The notes beneath the pieces were generated by a model that made no database searches, was not told the DNA's origin, and saw only the letters and a program-made list of their open reading frames with translations. From assembly GCA_002269645.1 (NCBI GenBank), contig NIVC01004078.1, forward strand, positions 1 to 24,917: a stretch of 24,917 bases of DNA. The letters run 5' to 3'. The stretch is from Macrostomum lignano. Its lineage: Eukaryota. This document shows, piece by piece, positions 1 to 10,480 of this stretch (its first letter is position 1; each line of letters begins with the position of its first letter). A program made the translations under genes and the position numbers.

Positions 1-75
1 CTGACGGGGAGAGTGACTGACGGGAGAGTGACTGAGGGGGAGAGTGACTGACGGGGAGAGTGACTGAGTTGGAAA
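1..75. repeat. Minisatellite, 15-16 bp unit CTGACGGG(G)AGAGTGA, 4 copies plus a degenerate fifth, probably truncated by the window edge
   Basis: Units start at 1, 17, 32, 48 and 64. Confidence 0.9.
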
Positions 76-585
76 CTGACTGATGATGCCAGACTTGGTT
101 ATCACCAGTCTTTCACTTAATTACTATAACTACAACACTCAAACAGCTGCACTAAACCTACCGAACATCATTGCGACCAAGCAAACGCAGATCATGAGCA
201 GGTATCCTGTAGTAACCTTGGAAATTCGACCGTTTGTCATAGTGACCTCGTTCAACAAGGCTTATGATAATAATGTATAGATTAGCAGGCACTTATGGGC
301 CTGCTCAGCCTACCGAAAATAAACGGCAGTTGCTGTGCCGCGCCCTCCTATTTACGCTGCTGCTGGAATGCTGGAGATGAGGGCGACTGCAGGCCTATCA
401 AACTAGTCTTAGACTTGCTCTAGTCTACGACGCTCGTATAAAGTTGTTGTTTAAGCTAGATACGCAAGTACTTGGCAGCGCGCGTGCCCACAACAGCTTG
501 CTTTATGACGACTCAAGGTCTTTCAGTGTTTTTTTTAGAACAATGCTGTTGGGAGGGCGAGACCAGCATGGAGACAGTGAGACAG

Positions 586-610
586 GAGAGAGAGAGAGAG
601 AGAGAGAGAG
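586..610. repeat. (GA)n microsatellite
   Basis: About 12 uninterrupted GA units. Confidence 0.95.
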
Positions 611-3469
611 AAAGGTATTGCGCTGAGTTAATCACATCTGAGGCTTTGAGTATCTGTGGTGGGGGCCGTGAGAAGCACCCAAACCCAAATCCAGTGATAT
701 ACATATGTAAGAGTTTGCAGAGAAGCTGCTGACTATAGCACGCCCATCAGCAATGCTATTTTGCATCTGTGAGGCTCATTGGGCTTCCGAACTTACGTAT
801 GAAGTTTGCATGCATTTGCTTGACCCTGGCGCACCGTACCGCATATTGCAATCCTTGCATGGCAGCCAGCTAGGTCTGGATTCTATTATACAGTGCAAAG
901 ATGTTGCTTGCTTGAGAGAATATTTTTGAGTCATTGAGTCATAGAGAACTTTGATTATACTCGTATTATATTAAAGTTACTCGAGGCATGTGATGTAGGC
1001 ACGTCTGGACCCACCACTCATTTTTGCCCACTCCCTTCTTTACCCTGTGATTCCTGCGCCCCGATGAGGCGATGACTCATGCTTATCGCCTACCACTCCA
1101 CGTCCTTTTTATTGTTCGAAGCTTTTTCCTGCCTGTTACGAAATCCCCTATCATATTTTTTTCTCCGCTGCGCCCCCCTAATTTCTCGATCAATGACAAC
1201 GCGGCTGACGACGTAATCATGCAGGGTTGCTATGTAACGAGGTCAAGGACAAGTCACGGCCTTCATATCACGCATTCACGCATCATGCTCACGTGATCTC
1301 AGGCTATAATTAAGAGACTGTTTTGAGCCCGGAGCGGCACCGTTTCTTCCCCTTCACTTTCCGTTTCTTTAGGGACCATTCGGAGCTGTAACAACCGTTC
1401 GGAACCCCTTCTCCTTTTCGGTGCTGGGCTGTAACTTCCCTTGGCTTTTCCCTCGTCTGGATCGATCGTCCCGTGATTGCAGCCGACATCGTGACTATCC
1501 GACGACCACCGCGCCAAGCAGCCCTTCCCGTCGGTCGCGTCTATAAGCCATAATTAAGGTATTTCTTTCTCTGTTGCGCTGCCCTTGGGTATCACCCCAT
1601 TGCTCATCATCCTATTTTTTAATCTTAACTTTAATTCCGTTTTAAAAATTAACTGAGCGGTTAAGGTTAAGTTTAGGGCCAGTATAGTTCAGGGCATTAG
1701 CTATTTAACTCGTTTTGCTTCTGTCTGTTTTCTGATTTACTATGAGATGCGATATGAGATGTGAGTAGAGAGTGCACCTGTCGCAGGCATGCATAGAAGC
1801 TGAGGATCAGAGAGAAGATCGCAGAGTATAAGCCGAATCCAACCAAATAATTATAGCAGAAACAATACCTCTAAATAAGCCGTAAGATGTGCATCACGAG
1901 AGAGCTCTGGGTCCTGCACCTCCCCATCCCCTGCCACATCGAACGATCCAGGAGGAAAGAAATTTAAATGGCGTTACCTACTATGCATCCTTGGATCCTG
2001 GGCTTAGGAGGGAATTGTAGTCTAAAATCGCTCACCAGCTAAAATATCCCTATGCAAAACTCCTCGTTTCAGCACTGACTAGACTGTCCTTATGCCCCAT
2101 AGAGTCCCTTAACCGCCAATTTCTAGTGTTGGGGTCAAGAACCTTCGTCTGTGACAGACTGGGAATACCGTCTCCTTAGTGGGAGATTTTACCGGTGTAC
2201 TCCTGCACAGGTGACTGTGGTGGCCGCGCCTCTGATGTATTATACATTGAAACAACTCGGGCCCGCCGTCTAAATGGGATCTTGGCCGCAACGTCAGCTA
2301 CCGCACCATCCAGAGGCGGACAGTCTACTAGAGGACGAGGCCTCGTGGCTGTACCTTTCAGCGCCAGAGCCCAGGGGTTTGCACAGGTGTGTTCATGCTG
2401 CCCGGGTTACGTCAAGATGTAAAATTAAAGGCATATAAAATATGGCAATCCCCACAAATGCAGTGGCGCCCCCTGGCTGCGCCTGTCTATTGCGTCATAT
2501 TTTATTATACCAAATTCATAAAACGCGCCTAATGCACTGAAAACTGTTTTAGTTAAGAGCAAGATTCTGAATCGTACGCTCGTATAATGTACGTGAGCAG
2601 TCCGGTAGACCCAGGGAAAATTTATTAAACAAAGAAATGCAACCAGAGACGTGACAACCCATAAGGCTACAATGTATAGGACCATGTATGAGAACTCGCA
2701 AGTGCAGAGCTAGCGAAGTAATTTAATATGCGATACAATTATGTGAAACTACTGTATGTGAATATAGGGCCTTTCACATATACGGAAATTTCCATGATAT
2801 TTGTCGCCCTCTCTTGTTCGCGGCTTGGGCTGTATAGTCGAAAGAGCTCTCCTAACGAACAACTTAATTAAAAAACCTAATCAACAACGCATTGAATTAT
2901 TCGAGTCTGAACCGTCTGACCCGACCCCTGAGTACGCAGACGCTCACACGGGGTGTACAGCGGTTCTGAGTTCATCGTAGGTCACTCTGCCAATTCTTCG
3001 GTAAATTTCAGTGCAAAACGCCTCAAATTAATATGGCAGATGCAGAATCGAATTATGGGACTTCCTGGGTTTTTGTGTCCTTGCATAACATAACAACGTT
3101 AATTTTGGCATCCTGAACTTGGATCCCGGATGTCGAATTGGCAGCCAGCTGTTTTATTAAGCTAGATAATACTATTAGTAGTTTCCATATTTCTGTATTT
3201 CATAGAGTTGATTTGAAGTATCAATAATTCTAAATTATTGACATTCTATGTCCAGTTAGAGTAATCTGTAAATAAGGTGGCTTAACAGTGTAAAAGGGTA
3301 GGGTAGACATGCTGGTACTGGTATTTTATTTGATTTTGAACTCTCTTGCTAATATCAGCTGGCATCCTGGTTTTGGACCCAGGATGTCAAATGGCGCGGC
3401 GATTCTGACGCTTAAAATAACCCAGATTTCCACGCAAGAGTTACCTTGGCATTCTCACTGTTAGGATAA

Positions 3470-3745
3470 GGGGTTGTAGCCTAGTGGTCAGAGCGTCTGA
3501 CTCACGACTTGAAGAAGGTCGGGGGTTCGATTCTCGACCCACTCGGAACAATTTGTGTCCTTAAGCCAGACACTCAACTCTGCATTGCTTCAATTCACCC
3601 AGCTGTAAAATGGGTGCCAGCATTAGCTGGGGTAATTGAGGGTGTGTGGCGACTCCCCCCCCCCCCTAGTCCTTGTACTCTGCCTTCAGATGCGCTGCGG
3701 CTGGCCCAATAGGGGCAGGTGCAATCAATTATCAATTAAATTGAG
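3470..3745 (+). mobile_element. tRNA-derived SINE with a CORE-like central domain
   Basis: Pol III A box TAGCCTAGTGGT (3477-3488) and B box GGTTCGATTC (3524-3533) sit in a tRNA-like head. They are followed by TGTGTCCTTAAGCCAGACACTCAAC...CCCAGCTGTAAAATGGG (~3553-3613), which resembles the CORE-SINE motif as I recall it. The tail is AT-rich (ATCAATT)2. The acceptor and anticodon stems are broken, so it is not a functional tRNA. Confidence 0.75.
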
Positions 3746-4866
3746 ATAAAAACTTTATATTTTTCGTGGAAAATAAGTAACAAATTTTATTTACTGTAAA
3801 AAGCCGTGACTACAATTTGAGTAAAAATCCAAATAAGCGATAGGAGCTAGAGATAACAAGTGCCTGCTGTTGTGCCTGAAGAATATATTGTAGTTTTTGC
3901 ATCAGGGGATTTAAAATTTGAGTAGCTGATAACAGCGGCTATAACAATGCGAAGCAGTGTGTGAACTTACGGATTGAGTATACACACAAATCAGGGAAAA
4001 CTGTGACTAAGTTTTCGTTTGAATGTACAAACAATGCTACTTAAACTAGGCTTTTAACAGTAGTAGTAAGCAATGAATATGAAAGGATTGACTAAAACTA
4101 AATCAGAGAAAGAGGAGGACAGGGGGCTTGGATGCTGTAGCCAAATAAAAAACCCAGTCAGCAATCAACAGGTATGCAGTACTGTACTCATCAGAAGTTT
4201 AAATTAAGAGAAAATTACAATGCCGAAATTAACACAATTCCAAGAACAATCTTCAGACACGATTGCAACTGCTTCAGTATGCAACACATAACAGTGGCGA
4301 TTATCGTTTAGTTAGCATAGCAATTGCATTGTAATAAAATAAGTGTTAATTTACCTTCCCGTGCCATTCTGCACATTCTGCCTACTAAACAACTCATATA
4401 TCAATTCTATTTGGCACCATAGCGTTGAAACAACTCCACCAAATACACATTAAACCAGGCTAATCCAGCTATGCCCAAACTAATCAGCCTTGAAAACTAT
4501 TTTTGCACACATAATTTACTCCAACTGAAGCTATCAATTAATAGCTCAGGTATTATTAAAATATTGCGCCAAATAGGATACTAGAGCAGTAAAAGAACAG
4601 TGATAGTTATTAAACTATTCTATTGAAGCCAATTTACCCTAAATTAACTAAACTAAAGTTATAAAAAAATTTCATTATTAGAATGGGTACACGGCAAGAG
4701 TAACTATGACCACCCTTTGATACGAAGATTCCCCATCATATAATAAGTGCTTTGTAAGTAAGTTGAATGTTTGCTAGGCGCGCCAGACGCAGTCCATCAA
4801 ATTCTCTATTGGCTCCAATAGAGATTATAATAGTTAAAGCATCAGTTCACTCAGCTAGCAAAGCCT

Positions 4867-5217
4867 TCACGACACCAGCACATAGATCATGCAGTAGAGA
4901 TAGTAGAAAAATGAGCACAGATAGATGGCCAATTTAACCCAGCCTTCGCGCATTGCCCTTCGCAACTTGTCGGCATTCATGATGCTGGTGGGGTCGTATA
5001 GGCCTGGCGAGCTCAGCACAGGCCTGTCTATGTACCGTTTCACATGGTAGGCAGCTAGCGGCAGGTTCAGTATGAATGAAAACAACTGGCCGCTGAACAA
5101 GAACATTAGTGACATTAGGGCGTGCACAATGTACTCTGGCAGCACTAGGGAGTTAAGGCTGCGACACTGGTCAATGGGATTCTTGTAATCATTTTGCAGC
5201 TCGTCAAAGGCAATCAC
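4867..5217 (-). CDS. CNIH1: Protein cornichon (CNIH1/cni-type ER cargo receptor), coding exon 2
   Basis: Translates VIAFDELQNDYKNPIDQC...LVLPEY...PGLYDPTSIMN...EGWVKLAIYLCSFFYYLYCMIYVLVS*, the cornichon signature. CAG acceptor at 5220-5218, phase 0. Confidence 0.97.
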   Translation of the reverse strand: MIAFDELQNDYKNPIDQCRSLNSLVLPEYIVHALMSLMFLFSGQLFSFILNLPLAAYHVKRYIDRPVLSSPGLYDPTSIMNADKLRRAMREGWVKLAIYLCSFFYYLYCMIYVLVS

Positions 5218-6189
5218 CTGTTGGATTTGGTAAATGTGTAAGATATTGTTTTACTTCAACTGGCATGGAAATATTTAGTTAATTGCATACTGCTACTCAT
5301 TTAATGTGCCAGCACCCTTGATCCTTGAGTGAGTGCCAATAACCCTTCATGATTGTGTGCCAGCACCCCTGAAAGCACCTCTGAAAGTGCCAATATCCTT
5401 AATACTTAACTAAGTGAGTACCAATAACTTTTCTTTGAAAATCTTCTTTTTCTCTTATACTAATTGTTATAGACTAACTGTTTTTTTAAACTTTCTAATA
5501 AGATCTATGTAATAGAATACAAATAGTTATATATTTTTTAATTAAAAAGTTCATTGGGCTTATAATCTTTTTTTCAAATGAAAAAACTTGCTTAACTCCC
5601 TAAACAGAGACCTTATAGTCAAACCTACCTTATTTGGCTATAGAAGCTTCCAGTCCAATTATAAGTTTTGGTTTAAAATATACTTTTAATATATTTAAAG
5701 CCTATTAAGCTTCTTTATAATTGAATTGCATGAATTTTAAATCTAATTTTAAATACAAAACAATTAAAAAGGCAATATATCAAAAGGGCAATAGTAAAAA
5801 GGTAAAATTTACAAAAAGTAATATATCATAGACCTATATTATGGAAATTTGTAAAACCATTTAGACCTATAATATTATTCATATTTTGCTAAATTCTTTC
5901 AGTTTGTAAAAAAATGAATGAAAAAAAGTCAGTAATCATAGGCTATTCATAGCTCAATGCTCCAATTCTATATACTCACATAGAATTAGAGCTATATACT
6001 ATTGTACTATTAGAATAAATGTAGAAAACCTGTGGACTTATGACATAGGATCTAAAATTATAGGCCCCTAGCTAAAAAGCATGATGCAATTTAGAACATG
6101 TTAACTTTTGCAACAAATACAGGTAATACTAATTAGATGATAAGGCATTTAGCCTTAATAACATATACAGGGGTTATTCCTCTGTCTTT

Positions 6190-6430
6190 ATGAACAATCC
6201 TACTGCTGGTACCAAAGTTGTAACAGTGGTTATTGTTCTCTCTAGTAAATCCTATCACTAAGTCACCAAGTTGTTATAGGCATTTTGGCTCTCTATGAAA
6301 TTATCCCATTGCTGAAACCAAGTTGTTGAAGGGCTGATTCTTCTGTCCCTACAAATGATTCCCCAGCTGTCATTAAAGTTGTCAAAGGGCTAAACTCCTA
6401 TTTTTATAAATGTTGGTAGCTGCCACCAGG
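6190..6430. repeat. Degenerate minisatellite, ~52-56 bp period, 4-5 copies, in the cornichon intron
   Basis: AGTTGT anchors at 6216, 6269, 6321 and 6377, with similar intervening sequence. Confidence 0.6.
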
Positions 6431-6515
6431 ATTATCCTATTAATAAATTATGAGTTAATCAATCTTAGAATAATCCAAGAAATGTTTCTTAGAATTGATT
6501 TGAGTATATATATTA

Positions 6516-6572
6516 GTATTTTAGTCTGAGTATTTAGTCTAAGTATTTAGTCTGAGTATTTATCTGAGTATA
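6516..6572. repeat. 13-bp tandem repeat GTATTTAGTCTGA, ~4 copies
   Basis: Visible directly in the sequence. Confidence 0.8.
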
Positions 6573-6618
6573 TTGTTCTTAGAATATTATTTAGCCCTTA
6601 CAATTGTTATTGTTTTCC

Positions 6619-6672
6619 TGTTATTCTGGTAGCGTTTACTATTGTTCTGGTAGCGTTTATTATTATTCTGGC
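6619..6672. repeat. 21-bp tandem repeat TTCTGGTAGCGTTTACTATTG, ~2.5 copies
   Basis: TTCTGG anchors at 6624, 6645 and 6666. Confidence 0.8.
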
Positions 6673-7956
6673 CTGAGTGGTCTATTGGCTATACTGGTAT
6701 ATATATTTCATGTACTTTGCAAGTCCTTGGGCATTACTGAGATCAGAGGGTCACAGCCTCCAGTTATTCTTACACGTATCACTTCAGATCTATTTCGTAT
6801 TCTCTTACTACTCAATACTACTGTTTTTCAATAGTATCTACTGTATATGCTTCAGTCTATTTCACTCTTATTTCATAAAAGGAATTAACACAGAAAGCAC
6901 TTCTTCAATTCTTATTTTCTCGGAACTCTTACTATTTGCTATTAATCACTTATTGCAAAACCGCGATGCGCGAGGTTGGTTCTCCCTCTGCCAAATTTGC
7001 TTCTATTTATACTATTTTTACTCGTAGGTTAAAACAAAATATATTTGCGCAAAATAATATGAAAAATACGAGTATTAAAACAAAAGAAATTGTGTCTTAG
7101 TTTTGGCATGAATTCAAATTGACTAAATAGTGACTATTTTATAAAGAAATTGGGAGGGGCCCTGTATAAACAGTCATAGTTACTCTTACCATTTATCCAA
7201 AAACTATACTACATTGCAATATTACCTGCTTTGACTTTAGCTGCGATGGGACACTAGAAAATTCCAAAATGATGAGACCATCAGATACCTTTTGGCCATT
7301 TATTCTGATAGGGGGTAGGCTATATATATTCTTCCCATTTTTTAGAATAGAGTACATTGAACTAAATGAACAATAAATAGATTATTGAATTGAAGCCTTA
7401 TTAAGCAAGAACTTTTAGATTACTACTAAATTAAGTAGAACTCCTAATCTTATAGAGAATGAGAACAGTTTTTAAAATGTTTTTTATCTATTTCACACCT
7501 TGCTTTCTTCCTCAACAATACATATTGCATTTATAACTAATTATATAATATTTAGCATATTGCCTTTTGACTAGGCCTATTGCTTATTTGACTATCAAAT
7601 TTTTATTGGTTATCTTTTTTACCTTAAACCTATGCACCCATATAATAAAAATTAGCTTTTTAATTTCAATTAACAATTAACATAGCCTATCTCTAACATA
7701 AACCTAAAAAATATAAATATATATTTGAACTAAAATTAAAAAGCAATTTATATATACTAGTAACTAGGCCTATCTTACCTATGATATATTGAGCATACAG
7801 GCATAAATCAATGTAAGTAAGAAGCAAATGTGACATATAATAAAATAGATAAATTTAAATATAATCTATACAACTATACTGTATAGTATAGGCCTAGTGT
7901 TTATATGCCATTTTATCATATAAACTGAAATTGTGAAAAGTAACTTGAATACTTAC

Positions 7957-8037
7957 ATGATGAATAACTACAAATAGAAGAAATGCAGTGAAAATAAGAG
8001 CCAGAATGTATGCAACTGCTATAAACCCAAAAGCCAT
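7957..8037 (-). CDS. CNIH1: Protein cornichon, coding exon 1 (27 codons; too short for the ORF track)
   Basis: ATG at 8037 reads MAFGFIAVAYILALIFTAFLLFVVIHH, followed by a GTAAGT donor (7956-7951). It matches the cornichon N-terminus (MAF.F.A..Y.LAL......IF..I.H) and joins exon 2 in phase 0 across a 2,739-bp intron, giving 143 aa. Confidence 0.95.
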
Positions 8038-9142
8038 TGTTTTCTCCAACAAATGAAAATCAAGTTCAAAGACTATTTAATGCAACCTAGCCGAATGATT
8101 CAAACTCCAAGTAGCTCAACACGACGATTTCCACACGCGTTGGCTTGGCAGTAAATAAAAGTGACGGATATTAAATAGTCAGCTAGAAAAAAATAAAAAA
8201 CAGAACTAAATAAAATATTGAGAACAGAAATTAGTTAGATATCAGAAATCAAGCAACATTAATAAAGAGAGTCTCGTGGAATCCCGTTTGAATTAATAAT
8301 GAATGACGTGTGAGCTCGCGGATTTAATATTGCAGAAAACTTTTGAACTTTAAAAAATAATAAGCGCTAAACAAAGTATTTCCGCCTAAACTAATAATAA
8401 ATTTCGTATCATAGTTAATCTAGACAGAAACTAGGTATAGTTTTACAAAGTTAAGTAAATTTTGTAATACATTGCCACGCAGTCATGTGTCTTTTTCTTT
8501 CAAACGAGTGTTTTTACGCGAAATAGCTTGGGAAAAAGTTGCAACTTGTGCCTAAAAGCCTAGCAATGCTTCTTTAACTGGTCAATGGTCAGCAACGCTC
8601 AGATCGCTGCTCTTACCTTGCGCCTTGTTATTCTTCAGCTTCCCTTTCTATAGATATTTATAGAGGCTACAGGTCAAAAGGACGGCAGATCAAAAAGGGC
8701 GACAGTCATTACATGTGTATAAGTTCATAATGCAGAAAACAAGTATTCGACTTATATCAATATTTGTTAATAGGCCTACGCCACACTTAGAGTTTAGAGA
8801 CACAGCGACCATGGCTATTGAATATAATTCAAAAATTTCGGTGGTCCCTTAATTGGCTTATTCCCAAAATTTAAGGCAATGGGCACATGTGCTTAACAAT
8901 AGACACGGCGGATGTGCAGCCAAAAACCAAGATGGCCACAACACTAAATCTCTATTATATCTACTCTCTTTCTACGAGCGTACTATTAATTAGCAACATA
9001 ATAGCTTTTTTATATTAATTATTGTTTAATCAAATAATGATATTATTATTTTAACATTAGGTCTATATTATAGGCCTAGGTAATCATTTCCCTTTGGCTT
9101 TAGCTTTTATTGTAGCCTGACTTAAAGGCCTATAGATATATA

Positions 9143-9147
9143 TCCAC
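9143..9147. repeat. Left target-site duplication TCCAC
   Basis: Identical TCCAC at 14182-14186, immediately after the 3' LTR. Confidence 0.95.
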
Positions 9148-9989
9148 TGTGACGTTGTCAGTTTAAGGTGGTCCCGAAAAGGGCCGTTGGACTGCTGGTT
9201 TTCCATAGTCATTCAACCCTTCAGTTTCACCGCTTCAACTAAACTTTTCCATTCGTTTATTGCGACGTTTACTTGTAGTAGTGCCCAACGATTTTGTGGC
9301 AATTTATAATTCATTGTATATTTTGCTATCCTCTCTCGCCACCGTATAAAATTGGCACGATCGATAATTTTAAGTTCTCTCGCCAGCCAATGAAATCACT
9401 CGTGTTCGCGCTACCCCCCTCTGCGCTCTTTTATTAAACCCCCCGCCTGGCGGCGGGCACTCCACGCTCCCCTCGCTCTCTCTCGCTCCTCTCTCTCCGC
9501 TTGCTCCTTGTTTCCTTCCCTGCGGCCTCTTAGCTGTCTTATCTGTTTGTCTGGCTGCCTCGAGCCTCCTTATTTCTCACCACGGCCCTTCTGTCTGGGC
9601 CAGCCTGCTCACACACTTACTTGACTGTTTCACGCCACGACCGACGCCTACTCACCACTACGTTTCACTGCCTTCACGGTGCTCATAGCCACTGCTCACG
9701 TCACGTCGCCATTGTGTCATTCGCCTGCCACTTGACTTCATATCCAAATTATATTCAACCCATTGCTGCAGCCGCCAGTGCCCAGAAAGCTATAGTCTGT
9801 TTATTGCCAGTAACAACCAAACTTAATACTGATATTAACAATAAAGACAACTACGGCAGTTCCTGCCTTTATCGCCAAGTGCTCCGCTACAAAATCCGCT
9901 TTACAAGAATTGACTTCAACTTATTTTGGGACTAAAACGGCCCTTTTAAGGGTCACCGCATAGCTGGCCGCTACGCCAATAACGTGACA
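9148..9989 (+). repeat. 5' LTR (842 bp)
   Basis: Starts TGTGACGTTG and ends AACGTGACA. CCAAT at ~9387, TTTATTAAA TATA-like at ~9429, AATAAA at 9840-9845. Constant 4,192-bp offset to the 3' copy. Confidence 0.97.
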
Positions 9990-9995
9990 TAATTT

Positions 9996-10012
9996 TGGAG
10001 GTCCCACCGAGA
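9996..10012 (+). promoter_or_regulatory. Primer-binding site complementary to the 3' end of tRNA-Gln(UUG)
   Basis: TGGAGGTCCCACCGAGA is the reverse complement of ...TCTCGGTGGGACCT-CCA, the metazoan tRNA-Gln(TTG) 3' end as I recall it (17 nt). It lies 6 nt after the LTR. Confidence 0.85.
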
Positions 10013-10300
10013 CCAAGCTCAGCACTGCCGGTTCGCAACTAAGCGCCACTGAGATTCTGCTCAACATCAACACGTTCGAAACTAAGCACCACCGAGACGT
10101 CTACTCAGCGCTGCCAACTCGTAATCAGTGCCACCGAGACTCTTGCTCAGCGCTGCCAGCACACAAGCAAGCGCCATCAAGACTTCTGCTCAGCCCTGCC
10201 AGCTCGCAACCAAGCGTCAGCGAGATTCTGCTCAGCCCTGCCAGCTCGCAACCAAGCGTCAGCAAGATTCTGCTCAGCTCTGCCGGCTCGTGACTGAGTG
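10004..10300. repeat. 42-43 bp degenerate tandem array, 7 units, first unit overlapping the PBS
   Basis: CCACCGAGA-like anchors at 10004, 10046, 10089, 10131, 10174, 10217 and 10259. Confidence 0.85.
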
Positions 10301-10324
10301 CCGGCCTGCCACGTTTCTGCCTGA

Positions 10325-10480
10325 CGGTCCGCAAGGCTGCGAGAGCCTGTGCCACGCCTGAGGTTCGGTCCGCAAGGCTACGAGAGCCTGTGCCACGCCT
10401 GAGGTTCGGTCCGCAAGGCTGCGAGAGCCTGTGCCACGCCTGAGGTTCGGTCCGCAAGGCTACGAGAGCCTGTGCCACGT
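10325..10480. repeat. 41-bp tandem array, ~3.8 units, alternating G/A variants (82-bp higher-order unit)
   Basis: CGGTCC anchors at 10325, 10366, 10407 and 10448; variants run GGCTG, GGCTA, GGCTG, GGCTA. Confidence 0.95.

Noticed and set aside
70-120. CTGATGA followed by a hairpin, suggesting a hammerhead ribozyme
   Set aside because: There is no GAAA after the stem on that strand. The minus strand has GAAA plus a stem but no CUGANGA, and G at the cleavage position.
3470-3545. Functional tRNA gene
   Set aside because: The acceptor and anticodon stems do not pair, and it continues into a SINE body.
6690-6760. Minus-strand QGLAKYMKYIYQYSQ resembling the Gypsy RT thumb motif
   Set aside because: Surrounding frames are full of stops and show no other RT motifs; the match is too weak.
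9621-9935. 104-aa ORF duplicated at 13813-14127
   Set aside because: It is simply LTR sequence, has a TTG start, and shows no recognisable homology.
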